This document shows, piece by piece, positions 1-10,452 of a DNA stretch of 33,678 nt. The notes below the pieces were generated by a model. It had not been told where the DNA came from. It saw only the letters and a list, made by a program, of their open reading frames with translations, and searched no databases. Both the position numbers and the translations under genes were made by a program. The stretch's first letter is position 1, and every line of letters begins with the position of its first letter. This DNA is from Myxococcota bacterium (GTDB lineage: Bacteria; Myxococcota; JACRCW01): contig JBFMGU010000111.1 of assembly GCA_040752415.1 (NCBI GenBank), positions 1 through 33,678 on the forward strand. Direction: 5' to 3'.

Positions 1-263
1 CCCCCCTTCCCCAGTCCCAGGTTTCCGTCGTCACCGAGCCGGGGAAGGGGGGCAACCGATGGGCGCAGCTGCCCTCTCTCCGACGAGAAAAAGTCCCAGT
101 GCCAATGCGTGCCCCCTTCCCCGCAATGGTTGACGACGGTGAGCGGGTGTGGGGAAGGGGGGCGAGCGAGCGCAGCGGGACAAACGTGGGGGGTTAGGTG
201 TTCGCCTGCCACAACGGAATGGGCAATGTGTTTAGACGCAGCCCCAACCCCCCGCGCTTGTCC
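1..263. repeat. Cluster of intergenic palindromes (REP-like)
   Basis: CCCCCCTTCCCC (1-12) pairs with GGGGAAGGGGGG (41-52). CCCCCTTCCCC (112-122) pairs with GGGGAAGGGGG (151-161). The two loops carry CCGTCGTCA and TGACGACGG, so the units are inverted copies of each other. A third inverted repeat is 178-198 / 243-263 (18 of 21 match). Confidence 0.7.
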
Positions 264-339
264 GCCAGTGGTGGAACACCACGCTGCTGCGACTGGTTTC
301 ACTCCTGTCTAAATTCCGCCTCAGTGCTCAGGGGGATAC

Positions 340-3300
340 ATGCTCACGCATGACGGGATGCACCCAGGCATCCGCGCCGCGCTCGCCATGATGGTCGCGG
401 CCGCCATCCACGTCACGTCCACCAACGCTCACGCCACCACGTGCGAACACACCGTGACGGCGGACGTTGTGGCGCTGGACCAGGCGTTCTTCTGGAATCG
501 GCTGGGTGCGGCGCAGCCGCAGGGGATGATCTACGCGCTGCGACGGGACGTGGTTCCCGTGGGAAACGACGTCCTCACGCCGGGAAACGTCATGCTCCGC
601 CCGGACAAGCGCCCGCGTCCCCTGGTGCTGCGGGTCAACGCCGGGGACTGTCTCCGCATCAACTTCCAGAACCTGCTCAACCCCGTCCCGGTTGACGGAC
701 AGCAGCCGGCCACACGTCACGCGTCCATCCATGTTGCGGGCATGTCCCTGGTGAATGACATTTCCGACGACGGTTCCTTCGTGGGGGCCAACCCTTCAAG
801 CCTGGTGGCCCCGGGCGACACTGCCGTCTACACGCTCTACGCGGCCACGGAAGGCACCCACGTGATGATCAGCGCCGCCGCCATGGCCGGTGGCGAGGGC
901 AACGGCGGGTCCATGAACGCCGGGCTCTTTGGCGCCATCAACGTGGAGCCCCGCGGCGCACGCTGGTACCGCAGCCAGGTCACCCACCACGACCTCCAGC
1001 TCGCCACCAGGCGCGACAGCGAGGGCAGGCTGCGCCGCACCTCCGACGGGCACCCGCTCATCGACTTTGAAGCGGTCTATCCGCCGGGCCACCCGCGCGA
1101 AGGACTGCCCATCCTCAACATGCTAAAGGAGGGCGAAGTGGTGCACGGGGACCTCACCGCGATCATCACCGGCCCGACCACAGGGCGCTTCCCCTCGGGC
1201 ACCTTCCCGGAGAACCCCACCCTGCCCGACCGCGAGCAGCCGTTCCGGGAGTTCACCATCATCTACCACGACGAAATCGGCGCGGTTCAGGCCTTCCCGG
1301 AGTTCTCCGACCCCGTCCTGGAACACACGCTGCACAGCGTTCGGGATGGCTTCGCGATCAATTATGGCTCCGCGGGTGCCGGCGCGGAGATCCTGTCCAA
1401 CCGCTTCGGGGTGGGCCCCAGCCACGCCTGCACGGAGTGCAAGTATGAGGAGTTCTTCCTGACGTCGTGGACGGTCTCGGACCCGGCGCAGGTGGTGGAC
1501 GTCTTTGCCAACGCGGACCTGGATTCCACCCCCGGCCCGGACCCCGGCGCGAAGGCCACGAAGGTCCTCTATGCGGACGATCCTTCCAACGTCTACCACG
1601 GCTACCTGAACGACCACACCCGGTTCCGAATCCTGCACGGCGGCTCCAAGGAGCACCACATCCACCACCAGCACACGCACCAGTGGCTCCACACCGCCAA
1701 CAGCGACAACTCCGCGTACCTGGACAGCCAGGCCATTGGCCCGGGCGCGTCCTTCACCTTGGAGATGAGCTACCGCGGCGCGGGCAACCGCAACCAGGCC
1801 GTGGGGGATTCCATCTTCCATTGCCACTTCTATCCGCACTTCGCGCAAGGCATGTGGGCGCTGTGGCGGGTACATGACGTCTTCGAGTCGGGGACGCGCC
1901 TGGACGCCAACGGTCGCCCCGCGCCCGGGTCCCGCGCGCTCCCCGACGGAGAAATCGTGGCGGGCACACCCATCCCCGCCGTGGTTCCCATGCCCACGCG
2001 GCCCATGGCGCCCATGCCGGAGGCGCGCGTGACCGTCGTGGGCATGGACCTGGATGGCGACGGAACCCATGACTCCGGCCAGGTCCACGTGAGCGGCAGG
2101 GGCAATCCGGGCTATCCGTTCTTCGTTCCCGGCATCGCGGGACACCGACCGCCCTCGCCACCGTTGGACATCATCGACGACGGTGGCCTGCCCCGTCACA
2201 TCGTGCGCGGCGGCACCTTCGTGGAGCAGCACACGCGCCTGGACATGGACAAGGTGCTGGTGACGCTGGATGCGGTGGAGCTCCCGGAGGAAGGCACCGA
2301 CGTGGAGAAGGAGGCCATGGAGTTCCACGAGCAGCGCCGCCATTCCAGCTTCACGCCGGCGGGCGGCCGCGCGGACTTCATCACCAATGGCGCGCGACGG
2401 CGTCGTGGAGCTCCCTTTGCGGACCCGTGCATTGACGACGACGGCGACCCGGTGGGCGTGCGCTCCGGCGGTGGCGCGCGGCGCGTCTACAAGGGCGCGG
2501 ACATCCAGCTGGACATGACCATCAACAAGGCGGGCTGGCATTTCCCGCAGGCCCGCATCGGCGCGCTGTGGGGTGACGTCGACGACCTGCTGGACGGTGA
2601 CAAGGCGCCCGAGCCGCTGTTCTTCCGCGCGGAGTCAGGCGAGTGCATCGAGTACCAGTTCACCAACCTGGTTCCCAACATCTACGCGCTGGATGACTTC
2701 CAGGTCCGCACACCCACCGACGTCATTGGCCAGCACATCCACCTGGTGAAGTTCGACGTCCTGGCCTCCGACGGGTCCGCCAACGGCTTCAACTACCAGG
2801 ATGGCTCCTTCAGTCCCGACGAGGTGCGGGAGCGCATCAACGCCATCAACGCCGTTGGCGGACTGCTGGAGGAGGACGGAGACCGCGAGACGCTGCGGCC
2901 ACGTCGCCACCCGTACTTTGGCGCCGGTCCCGACGGAAAATGGCTGGGGGCCCAGACCACGGTGCAGCGCTGGATGGCGGATGAGGTCCTCAACAACGAC
3001 GGCGAGGACCGCACGCTGAGGACGGTGTACACGCATGATCACTTCGGCCCGTCCACACACCAGCAGGTGGGCCTCTACATGGGCCTGGTGATCGAGCCCA
3101 GGGGCTCCCGCTGGCGCGACCCGGAAACCGGCAACCTGCTCGGCGACCGCTTCGACGGTGGTCCCACGAGCTTCCGCGCGGACATCATCACTTCCGACCG
3201 CTCGAAGAGCTACCGCGAGTTCCTCCTGGAGTTCACCGACTTCCAGCTGGCCTACGAGGCGGGCGGCGGCGTGGATGACGACGGAAACCCGGTGCCCGAT

Positions 3301-5259
3301 CCTGCGCGCGCCATCAATCCACCGGGTCGCGAGGAGGTGGGGCTGCCGTTCCTGGTCGCCCGACCCGAGTTGTGTCCTGGCAACGTGCCACCCCCCTGCC
3401 CCGAGGCCATCTCCGCGGATGACCCCGGCACCATGACGGTGAACTACCGCAACGAGCCCATTGCGTTGCGCATCTTCGACCCGGAGACGGGACAGCAGGC
3501 GGAGGGGGAAGCGGGAGACCTCTCCAGCGTGTTCCGCTCCACGACGAAGCGCGCGGATGACCGCCTCAATGAGCAACCCGACGTCTATCCCGACCTCACC
3601 GAAGGGGTCCGCGACCGGGACCCGTTCACGCCATTGCTCCGCGCGTATGAGAACGACCGGGTACAGGTCCGCGTGCTGGTGGGCGGGCAAGAGGAGAGTC
3701 ACAACCTTTCCGTGCACGGACTCCGGTGGTTCTTCGAGCCCAGTGATCCGAACTCCGGCTATCGCAATTCCCAGTCCATGGGCATCTCCGAGCACTTCGA
3801 GCTCATCACGCCCGCGCTGCCACTGCACACCAGCGGCGTGCGCTTCGTGGACTACCTCTACAAGCCCAGCTCGTCGGTGGACGGTCTGTGGAACGGGGTC
3901 TGGGGCCTGTTGCGCACCTACAATGGTCGACGTGGTCTGCGCTCCGACCTGCTGCCGCTTCCGAGCAACCCCGAAGGTCACGGTCCCGACGTGACGAACG
4001 AGGATGATTTCTCCGGCGTGTGCCCGCGTTCAGCGCCACGTCGGGGCTACAGGGTGGTGGCAGCGCTGGCGCAGGACATCCTCCCGGGCGGGACGCTCAT
4101 CTACAACCCACGCGTCGACAATGGCGGTCCGCTGCATGACCCCACGGCCATCCTCTACGTGCGCGAGGAGGACCTGGACCCCATCACCGGGCAGTTGCTC
4201 CCGACGGCGCCGGTGGAGCCGCTCATCCTGCGCGCCAACGCGGGAGACTGCATCTCCGTGCGCCTGGAGAACCGCCTGCCCGCCGGCGCCATGCCCGACT
4301 TCGACGGATTCAACACGCTGCCCATGCTGGTCGACAACTTCAACGCCAACCAGGTCCGTCCTTCCAGCCGGGCCGGTCTGCACGCGCAGCTGGTGGAATA
4401 CGACGTCACCACCTCCGACGGCGTCGACGTGGGATTCAATCCACGGCAGACGGTGCGGGAGGGCCGCGTGGAGACGTTCCGCTGGTTCGCGGGAATCCTC
4501 AGCGTCGACTCCCGACGTCACCGTGTGGCCACGCCGGTGGAGTTCGGGGCCATCAACCTGCTCTCCTCGGATCCCATCAAGCACAGCAACAAGGGCGCGG
4601 TGGGTGCGCTCATCGTCGAACCCAAGGGCTCCACCTGGTACGAGGACGCGGGCACGCGGGCCTCCGCCACCATCGTGAAGCGCGACGGGACCTACTTCCG
4701 GGAGTTCGTGATGGTCCTGCAGACCGACGTGAACCTGCGCTTCTCCGACGACAGCGCCATCCCCAACCTGGCACGGGAGGAAGACGCGGAGGACAGCGCG
4801 CAGAAGGGAGTGAACTACCGCAGCGAGCCTCTCTGGCAGCGGCTTGGCTTTGCTCCCGACGCCCCCGCGGAGGTGACGCGGAACGTCGACTTCAGCGCGG
4901 CGCTCTCGAACGCGCAGGTGGAGGGGGAGCCGGTGACACCCATCTTCACGGCGCGTCCCGGTGAGTCGGTGCGCTTCCGCCTGCTGGAGCCGGGCGGACA
5001 CGCGCGCAACCTGGTCTTCGCCGTGCAGGGGCACCAGTGGCAGGAGGAGCCCTACGCCGGAAAATCGACGAGGATCGCCCACAATCCGCTCTCCGAGATC
5101 AGGTCGGCGCAGGAAGGACTTGGGCCCTCCAACCACTTCGACGTGGTGCTGGAGCACGGCGCCGGCGGCCCGTTCCGCGTCGAGGGCGACTACCTGTGGC
5201 GCGACCGTGCGGCTTTCGCTTTCGCCGGCGGCATCTGGGGCATCTTCCGCGTGGAGTGA
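340..5259 (+). CDS. mnxG: Large secreted multicopper oxidase, MnxG-like (putative Mn(II) oxidase), 1639 aa
   Basis: Signal-peptide-like N-terminus ending AHA. Copper motifs: HASIH, HHIHHQHTHQW (~1654), type-1 site HCHFYPHFAQGM (~1819-1854), HIHLVKFD (~2734), HDHFGPSTH (~3034), HNLSVHG. Size and repeated cupredoxin domains fit the MnxG group. GGGGG RBS-like run upstream. Confidence 0.8.
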   Translation: MLTHDGMHPGIRAALAMMVAAAIHVTSTNAHATTCEHTVTADVVALDQAFFWNRLGAAQPQGMIYALRRDVVPVGNDVLTPGNVMLRPDKRPRPLVLRVNAGDCLRINFQNLLNPVPVDGQQPATRHASIHVAGMSLVNDISDDGSFVGANPSSLVAPGDTAVYTLYAATEGTHVMISAAAMAGGEGNGGSMNAGLFGAINVEPRGARWYRSQVTHHDLQLATRRDSEGRLRRTSDGHPLIDFEAVYPPGHPREGLPILNMLKEGEVVHGDLTAIITGPTTGRFPSGTFPENPTLPDREQPFREFTIIYHDEIGAVQAFPEFSDPVLEHTLHSVRDGFAINYGSAGAGAEILSNRFGVGPSHACTECKYEEFFLTSWTVSDPAQVVDVFANADLDSTPGPDPGAKATKVLYADDPSNVYHGYLNDHTRFRILHGGSKEHHIHHQHTHQWLHTANSDNSAYLDSQAIGPGASFTLEMSYRGAGNRNQAVGDSIFHCHFYPHFAQGMWALWRVHDVFESGTRLDANGRPAPGSRALPDGEIVAGTPIPAVVPMPTRPMAPMPEARVTVVGMDLDGDGTHDSGQVHVSGRGNPGYPFFVPGIAGHRPPSPPLDIIDDGGLPRHIVRGGTFVEQHTRLDMDKVLVTLDAVELPEEGTDVEKEAMEFHEQRRHSSFTPAGGRADFITNGARRRRGAPFADPCIDDDGDPVGVRSGGGARRVYKGADIQLDMTINKAGWHFPQARIGALWGDVDDLLDGDKAPEPLFFRAESGECIEYQFTNLVPNIYALDDFQVRTPTDVIGQHIHLVKFDVLASDGSANGFNYQDGSFSPDEVRERINAINAVGGLLEEDGDRETLRPRRHPYFGAGPDGKWLGAQTTVQRWMADEVLNNDGEDRTLRTVYTHDHFGPSTHQQVGLYMGLVIEPRGSRWRDPETGNLLGDRFDGGPTSFRADIITSDRSKSYREFLLEFTDFQLAYEAGGGVDDDGNPVPDPARAINPPGREEVGLPFLVARPELCPGNVPPPCPEAISADDPGTMTVNYRNEPIALRIFDPETGQQAEGEAGDLSSVFRSTTKRADDRLNEQPDVYPDLTEGVRDRDPFTPLLRAYENDRVQVRVLVGGQEESHNLSVHGLRWFFEPSDPNSGYRNSQSMGISEHFELITPALPLHTSGVRFVDYLYKPSSSVDGLWNGVWGLLRTYNGRRGLRSDLLPLPSNPEGHGPDVTNEDDFSGVCPRSAPRRGYRVVAALAQDILPGGTLIYNPRVDNGGPLHDPTAILYVREEDLDPITGQLLPTAPVEPLILRANAGDCISVRLENRLPAGAMPDFDGFNTLPMLVDNFNANQVRPSSRAGLHAQLVEYDVTTSDGVDVGFNPRQTVREGRVETFRWFAGILSVDSRRHRVATPVEFGAINLLSSDPIKHSNKGAVGALIVEPKGSTWYEDAGTRASATIVKRDGTYFREFVMVLQTDVNLRFSDDSAIPNLAREEDAEDSAQKGVNYRSEPLWQRLGFAPDAPAEVTRNVDFSAALSNAQVEGEPVTPIFTARPGESVRFRLLEPGGHARNLVFAVQGHQWQEEPYAGKSTRIAHNPLSEIRSAQEGLGPSNHFDVVLEHGAGGPFRVEGDYLWRDRAAFAFAGGIWGIFRVE

Positions 5260-5271
5260 GGACGCCCGCGT

Positions 5272-5532
5272 CAGGGCAACGTGCCCTGCGGGATTGCGGA
5301 CGACGTGCGCGGGCCACGACCTGGAGTGCGGCGGGCCCACGCCGCCCTGGCCAGCGCCGAGTGCGTTCTTAACGTGTGGAACGGTCCTCGACGGGGGAGC
5401 GACGTCTCCGCGACGGGCGACCGTTGACGAGAGTGCTACCCGCTCGGCGCTGGCCAGGGCGGCGAGGGCCCGCCGCACTCCAGGTCGTGGCCCGCTCACG
5501 ACGTCGGCAATCCCGCTGGGCACCTTGTCCTG
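5272..5532. repeat. REPIN-like long inverted repeat between convergent genes
   Basis: Arms 5272-5361 and 5443-5532 are 90 bp each, with 7 mismatches by manual alignment. Each contains GGAGTGCGGCGGGCCC(A/T)CGCCGCCCTGG. The spacer has its own AACGGTC/GACCGTT stem. Confidence 0.85.
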
Positions 5533-5562
5533 GCGCCGCGCCTCAGTCTCAGGCGTATCGCT

Positions 5563-8500
5563 TCACGGCGTGGCGGCGTTCTGCGGCGCAGTCTTCTGCG
5601 CGGGCTTCTTCCCTCCCGGAATGACGCGCCCCAACAGCTTCCGCGCCTGTGCACTCCCCTCGACCAGCTCCCGCTGCGCGCTCTCCGCCACGTTGCCCAG
5701 CTCACCCGGCAGTCCCAACGCGCGCACGAAGGCCCGGAGGTCCACGCCGTCCAGGCGCACGTCGCTCCACGTCCCGCCCATGCGCACCGGAACCAGCACC
5801 GCTTCCGGCGGCTCCACGCGCCCGTCGGTGAGCTCGCCGAGGATGTGCGGTTGCAGCAGCGCGGTTCCCACCAGCGCCAGCGTCGAGTCGAACCCCGCGC
5901 TTCCGTCCAGCTGCAATCCGCCGAACACGGTTCGCGCGCTCATGGGCTTCTCCAACCGCACCCGGCCCTCGTGGATCCGCGCGAGCGCGTGGAAGTCCTC
6001 CAACGTCGTCGCGTCCTGGAGGTCATCCTGCGGCCGCGCCACCAGCAGGGCGCCCACCCCCGGCGTATTGGCCAACGGGCGCAGCATCTCCTCCAGCAGG
6101 TTGATGCCGCGAATCACCACCTCCGGCGACGTCATCCCCACCGTTCCACTCAAGCTGCGCTCGATGTCCTTGCCGCTCATGCCGCGCGCGGTGACGTCGC
6201 CATCCACGTCCAGCGTTCCATGCAGGCGACCACCCTCCTTCGCGTGCCCGTCGTAGATCTCGGCGAGATCCAGGCCGCGCGCCACCAGGACCAGCCGCGT
6301 GTTGAGCCATTCCCCCGTCGGGTCCACCCGCGTTCCCGTGAGGCTGATGGTGCCGTGGTAGATGCCCAGGTCCAGTCGGTCACAGGTGACCACGCCGCGC
6401 TCCACACGCACGCGCAGCGCCACGTCCCGCGCAACATACCCACGGTGACGCAGGACCCCCACGCTCAGCTCCGCTTCGCCGTTGAGGCGCTGAAGCCGCT
6501 CACGCACCCGGGGATCGAGCCCATGCGCGTCGTCGTTGCTCGTCGTGGCTGCGTTGGGGCCTGCGGCCCTGCCACCGCCGCGTTGTTTCTGGATGGCATC
6601 CACGTCCAGCCGGTCCACGACGAGATTCGCCGCGAAGGTGGGGGCCTGCAGGTTGCGCACGGAGGCGCGGCCGGTGACGTTGGAGCCATACAGCTTCGCG
6701 TGAAGGTTCTCGACAGTCACCTCCAACGACGACGCATCCGTCGGTGCGCCGCGCACGGACACGGCCGCGTTGACCCTGCCCTCGGGCGGAATGTCGTTGA
6801 TGCCGGTGAGCTTCCGCAGGCGCCGCAGGTCCAGCTCCACCGACGTCAATTGCACATCCACCTGGGCATTGGCGGGATTGCTCACCAGCACCGTGCCCGC
6901 CACGCGGTTCCCATCCGCCACGATCTCCAGCTCGTCGGCGCTGATCTTCAGGGTCTCCGGTTGCAGCAGCTTCCCCTCCACGCCAAGCCGCGTGCGCAAC
7001 CTTCCCGCGCGTGGCAGCGAACGCGCCGCGGGTGAAATGCGCCGCACGTCGTCGAAGGCCAGGTCCACGTCTTCAATCCCGCCGGTGACCTCGGGTTGGG
7101 CGGTGAGGAGGCCCTTGAGCTGGCCCTGCAGTCGCAAGTCGGTGTGCCCCAGCTGGACGTCGCCCTGTTGCAGCTGGGCCAGGTCTCCGCGACGGAGCGC
7201 CACCAGGTCGGCCTTCATTGGCATGCCCAGCGGCTTGTCCACCACGACGGAGCCCTCGTCATTGAGCTTGCGCACGGCGAGGTCGGTGAAGTTGGCGTGG
7301 GCTTCCAGTTGGCTGCTCTCCGCGTCGTGGGGTGCCAGCTTGGCGGCGAGCTCCGCGTTTCCCCGCAGCGAGGTGGATGGCAGCCGCACGTCCATCCGAC
7401 GGAGGCGCACGCGCAGGTCCACGGCCTGGGCGCTCCCTTCCATGCTGGCATTGGCGCTGACCTGCACCAGGCCATCCAGCCTCAGATCCTCACGACGCTG
7501 CGCCCGCGCCACGACGGGAAAGATGGAACGCACCTGGGAGAGCTTGATGTCGCCGGTGTAGAGCGCGCCCTCCATGGGGCCATCCAGGTTGGCGGGCAGG
7601 TCCAGCCAGCCGGCCAGGCGTGCGTCGGCGACAATGAGCGCGAACGGCTGCAGCTCCACGCGCTCCTCGGACCGGGTGGCCAACACCTTGAGCTGCAGCG
7701 GGATGCCCGGCTTCTTGTCGACGACATCCGCCCACGCCACGCGCGCCTTCTCCAGGTCCAGCGAGAATTGCGCCTCCTGCGGGTCGCCCTCCAGGTGCAC
7801 CTCGAAGGGCCCGGTCAGACTGAGCTGCGACGGAACAATGCCACTCCCCCGCGGCACCACCGCCACCACGCGGGAGAGGTCCTCCACCTTGAGATCGACG
7901 AGGACGTTGCGGATGCCGGCAATGGAACGGCTGACAATGCTGGCGCGCGTGGAGAGCGTGACGCCGGGACCCGTGATGTCCGCCTTGCGCACCTCGAAGC
8001 GCGACGTCTTGAGGTCCGCATCCACGTCGACATCGAGCTGCACGTCCGTGGGCTCGCCGCGAACATCACCCTTGGCCACCACCAGGCGGTCCACCTTCAC
8101 GAAACCCTTCACCGCGCCGCTGACACCACCGGCATGCGTGGTGGTCTTCACGTCCAGGGTGAGACGGCCGGAGGACGGGCGCATCCACTTGGCGTCGAGC
8201 AGGGAGACCCACGCGTCCAGTTCCAGGTCCTTGAGCGTGACGTGGAGGTCCATGGCCGGCAGCTCCTGGAAATCAAAGCGCGCGGGCAGCGGGAGCAGCG
8301 TGACGTCGAGGGTGAGCGGGGCGCGGGTGCGTCCGTCGTCGAGGGTGAAGGCCAGCTTGGCGGAGACGTCCTGCCCCGCCACGATGGTGCTCAGCTCCAG
8401 GCGCAGCCGGTCGACGATGAGTCGCCGCTGCAGCAGCCGGTCCTCGATCTCCACGCGACCATCCTCGATGGTGACGCCGGCAATCTTGAGCCCCTGCAGC

Positions 8501-8958
8501 ATGCTGTTGGCGTCTTCCGTCGTGGTGGGAGCGTGCGCGCGGGCCCTCTCCTCGAGGTGGGCGCGGATGTCGTCAAAGTCCCAGCGTCCCTCCGCGTCAC
8601 GCACCACGCGCACCACCGGCGCCGTGACGACGGCGGCCGTGGCCTCCAGGCGTCGCCCACGCGAGCGCACCGCCTTCCACAGGTCCATGCGCAACAACGC
8701 GGAGCCGATGGTGACCTGCGCGGGGGAATTGGCGTCGGCGCCACGCAGGCGCGCGTCCAGCAGGAGCAGGCCAAACCCGTCACGCCAGGTCACCTCCACG
8801 CGGCCGAAGTCGACGGGACGGCCAAGGTATTCACTGGCGGCGGCGGCAATGTCGGCACGATAACGGTTGACCAGCGGCTCCAACACAAACGGCGCTGCCA
8901 CCAGTCCCAGGACGGGCAGGAGCGCCACTGCGCACAGGAACACCAACACGCGCCGCAT
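5563..8958 (-). CDS. AsmA-family (AsmA-like lipid-bridge) protein, 1131 aa
   Basis: Single N-terminal TM helix followed by 'IAAAASEYLGRPVDFG..V', 'PVVRVVRDAEGRWDFDDI' and 'IEDGRVEIED'. Long run of alternating beta strands. C-terminal 'VPVRMGGTWSDV', typical of AsmA. Confidence 0.85.
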   Translation of the reverse strand: MRRVLVFLCAVALLPVLGLVAAPFVLEPLVNRYRADIAAAASEYLGRPVDFGRVEVTWRDGFGLLLLDARLRGADANSPAQVTIGSALLRMDLWKAVRSRGRRLEATAAVVTAPVVRVVRDAEGRWDFDDIRAHLEERARAHAPTTTEDANSMLQGLKIAGVTIEDGRVEIEDRLLQRRLIVDRLRLELSTIVAGQDVSAKLAFTLDDGRTRAPLTLDVTLLPLPARFDFQELPAMDLHVTLKDLELDAWVSLLDAKWMRPSSGRLTLDVKTTTHAGGVSGAVKGFVKVDRLVVAKGDVRGEPTDVQLDVDVDADLKTSRFEVRKADITGPGVTLSTRASIVSRSIAGIRNVLVDLKVEDLSRVVAVVPRGSGIVPSQLSLTGPFEVHLEGDPQEAQFSLDLEKARVAWADVVDKKPGIPLQLKVLATRSEERVELQPFALIVADARLAGWLDLPANLDGPMEGALYTGDIKLSQVRSIFPVVARAQRREDLRLDGLVQVSANASMEGSAQAVDLRVRLRRMDVRLPSTSLRGNAELAAKLAPHDAESSQLEAHANFTDLAVRKLNDEGSVVVDKPLGMPMKADLVALRRGDLAQLQQGDVQLGHTDLRLQGQLKGLLTAQPEVTGGIEDVDLAFDDVRRISPAARSLPRAGRLRTRLGVEGKLLQPETLKISADELEIVADGNRVAGTVLVSNPANAQVDVQLTSVELDLRRLRKLTGINDIPPEGRVNAAVSVRGAPTDASSLEVTVENLHAKLYGSNVTGRASVRNLQAPTFAANLVVDRLDVDAIQKQRGGGRAAGPNAATTSNDDAHGLDPRVRERLQRLNGEAELSVGVLRHRGYVARDVALRVRVERGVVTCDRLDLGIYHGTISLTGTRVDPTGEWLNTRLVLVARGLDLAEIYDGHAKEGGRLHGTLDVDGDVTARGMSGKDIERSLSGTVGMTSPEVVIRGINLLEEMLRPLANTPGVGALLVARPQDDLQDATTLEDFHALARIHEGRVRLEKPMSARTVFGGLQLDGSAGFDSTLALVGTALLQPHILGELTDGRVEPPEAVLVPVRMGGTWSDVRLDGVDLRAFVRALGLPGELGNVAESAQRELVEGSAQARKLLGRVIPGGKKPAQKTAPQNAATP

Positions 8959-9051
8959 GGAGCGCGCAGAGATATCACAGGTTGACGACGGTCCTTGTGC
9001 GGCGTGCGCCCGGACGGGCCGCTGCTAGCCTTGGCGCTACCGGGGGGGCGC

Positions 9052-10452
9052 ATGCAGCGGGCCGTGCGGGTGACATTGGTGCTGGGTGTCGTCGCAGCCA
9101 GCGCGCGCACCGCCTGTACGCGCCCGGACCCGTTGGACCCGCCTCCCCCCGACGCTTCAACGTCCTGCCCACCGCCCGCCACGACGCGGCCCTGCGCAGA
9201 ATTCACGGTGGATTGCCCGTTATCGGATGCGGGCTCGGCCGCGTGCAGCAGGTACCTGCCGGGCACACCCATCATCGCCGCGCCGGCCACCACGGGACGC
9301 GTTCGCCTGCTCGCCGACGACGAGGTTCCCGTCCTCCACCTGGGGAACGTGAAGGTCGCGGAACACTGCGGAGATGGGTTTGCCGTGCTGGCAGACGAGA
9401 GGGTGCTGCACGTCCGTCCCACGAGTGAGGGGCGCTGGACCGTCTCCGACGGAGGCAGCCTGGAGACGCCCGACGGAGCGTGGCGGGTGTGGACGGGAGA
9501 GGGCCTGACCTGGGACGGAGAATCCTTCTTCCGCGCCTACACCACACGGGACACGGACGGCGGCGCGCATGCCTACGTGGTCCGCCATGGCGAGTGTCTC
9601 GCCCCCCTGGGGCCCCCCGTGCGCGTCACCCGGGACCGTGTCCCCGACAACAACGTCGGCGACGTGTCCGTGCAGTGCTCCAGCGGCAGGTGTCTGTACC
9701 AGCGGAGCGGCGCGCGGGTGCGGACCGCCGACGGTGGCGTTGAGGTCCAGGCGGAGGCGGTGTTCCATTCCCCCGACGGCACCACCCTGTGGCACCACGC
9801 CATCCGGTATCCTCCCGGGCAGTGGAAGCGCTATCGGCTCGTCGGGGACCACGTGTTCTGGGAGGAATCCACGTGCCGGGAGCCGGCCCTGCACCGGCTC
9901 ACCGCGGTGGATGAACGCGGTGACGTCGTCGCGGGCAACCACCACGAGCTACCCGCGCACTGCGGCGGGGACTCGCCAGGGGATTTCCTGCTGGGCAGCC
10001 AGAACGGGCGGCAGGACCGCATCCTCGGACAGGGATTCGCCTGCTGTGAGGAGGAGACCCTTTCGGGTTGTCCCGTCGAGAGATTCGTTGCGGTCTGGTG
10101 CTGGGACGGACAGGGTCCGCTGGCACAGCTCAACCTCGAGCAACCGCCGCGGGCGGACCAGGACTCCCCCTGGGACCTGACCCCTGCCCTGCTTGGTCCC
10201 GACGACGAACGCGCGGCGTTCCGGCGTCTGTCGTCGCCGCGACGCTGGTTGATGCGACGGCGCGCGGCCAACCTGCAGTACCTGGACCGGGACTGGGTGG
10301 ACCTCACACCACTCGCGCGGGTGTGGCCTCCGTTGGAACCCTACGGCGTGACCATCCGTTACGACGACGGCGCGTGGATGCTTTTCGCCAACCGCACCGA
10401 CCCGCTCAGCGGACGGCGCACGCTGGTGATCCGCCGTTTCGTGATCGAGTAG
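9052..10452 (+). CDS. Hypothetical secreted Cys-rich protein, possible lipoprotein
   Basis: Long ORF with coding-like composition. ATG at 9052 is preferred over TTG 8995 because it gives a signal-like 'MQRAVRVTLVLGVVAASARTAC', followed by a Pro-rich linker. Confidence 0.6.
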   Translation: MQRAVRVTLVLGVVAASARTACTRPDPLDPPPPDASTSCPPPATTRPCAEFTVDCPLSDAGSAACSRYLPGTPIIAAPATTGRVRLLADDEVPVLHLGNVKVAEHCGDGFAVLADERVLHVRPTSEGRWTVSDGGSLETPDGAWRVWTGEGLTWDGESFFRAYTTRDTDGGAHAYVVRHGECLAPLGPPVRVTRDRVPDNNVGDVSVQCSSGRCLYQRSGARVRTADGGVEVQAEAVFHSPDGTTLWHHAIRYPPGQWKRYRLVGDHVFWEESTCREPALHRLTAVDERGDVVAGNHHELPAHCGGDSPGDFLLGSQNGRQDRILGQGFACCEEETLSGCPVERFVAVWCWDGQGPLAQLNLEQPPRADQDSPWDLTPALLGPDDERAAFRRLSSPRRWLMRRRAANLQYLDRDWVDLTPLARVWPPLEPYGVTIRYDDGAWMLFANRTDPLSGRRTLVIRRFVIE

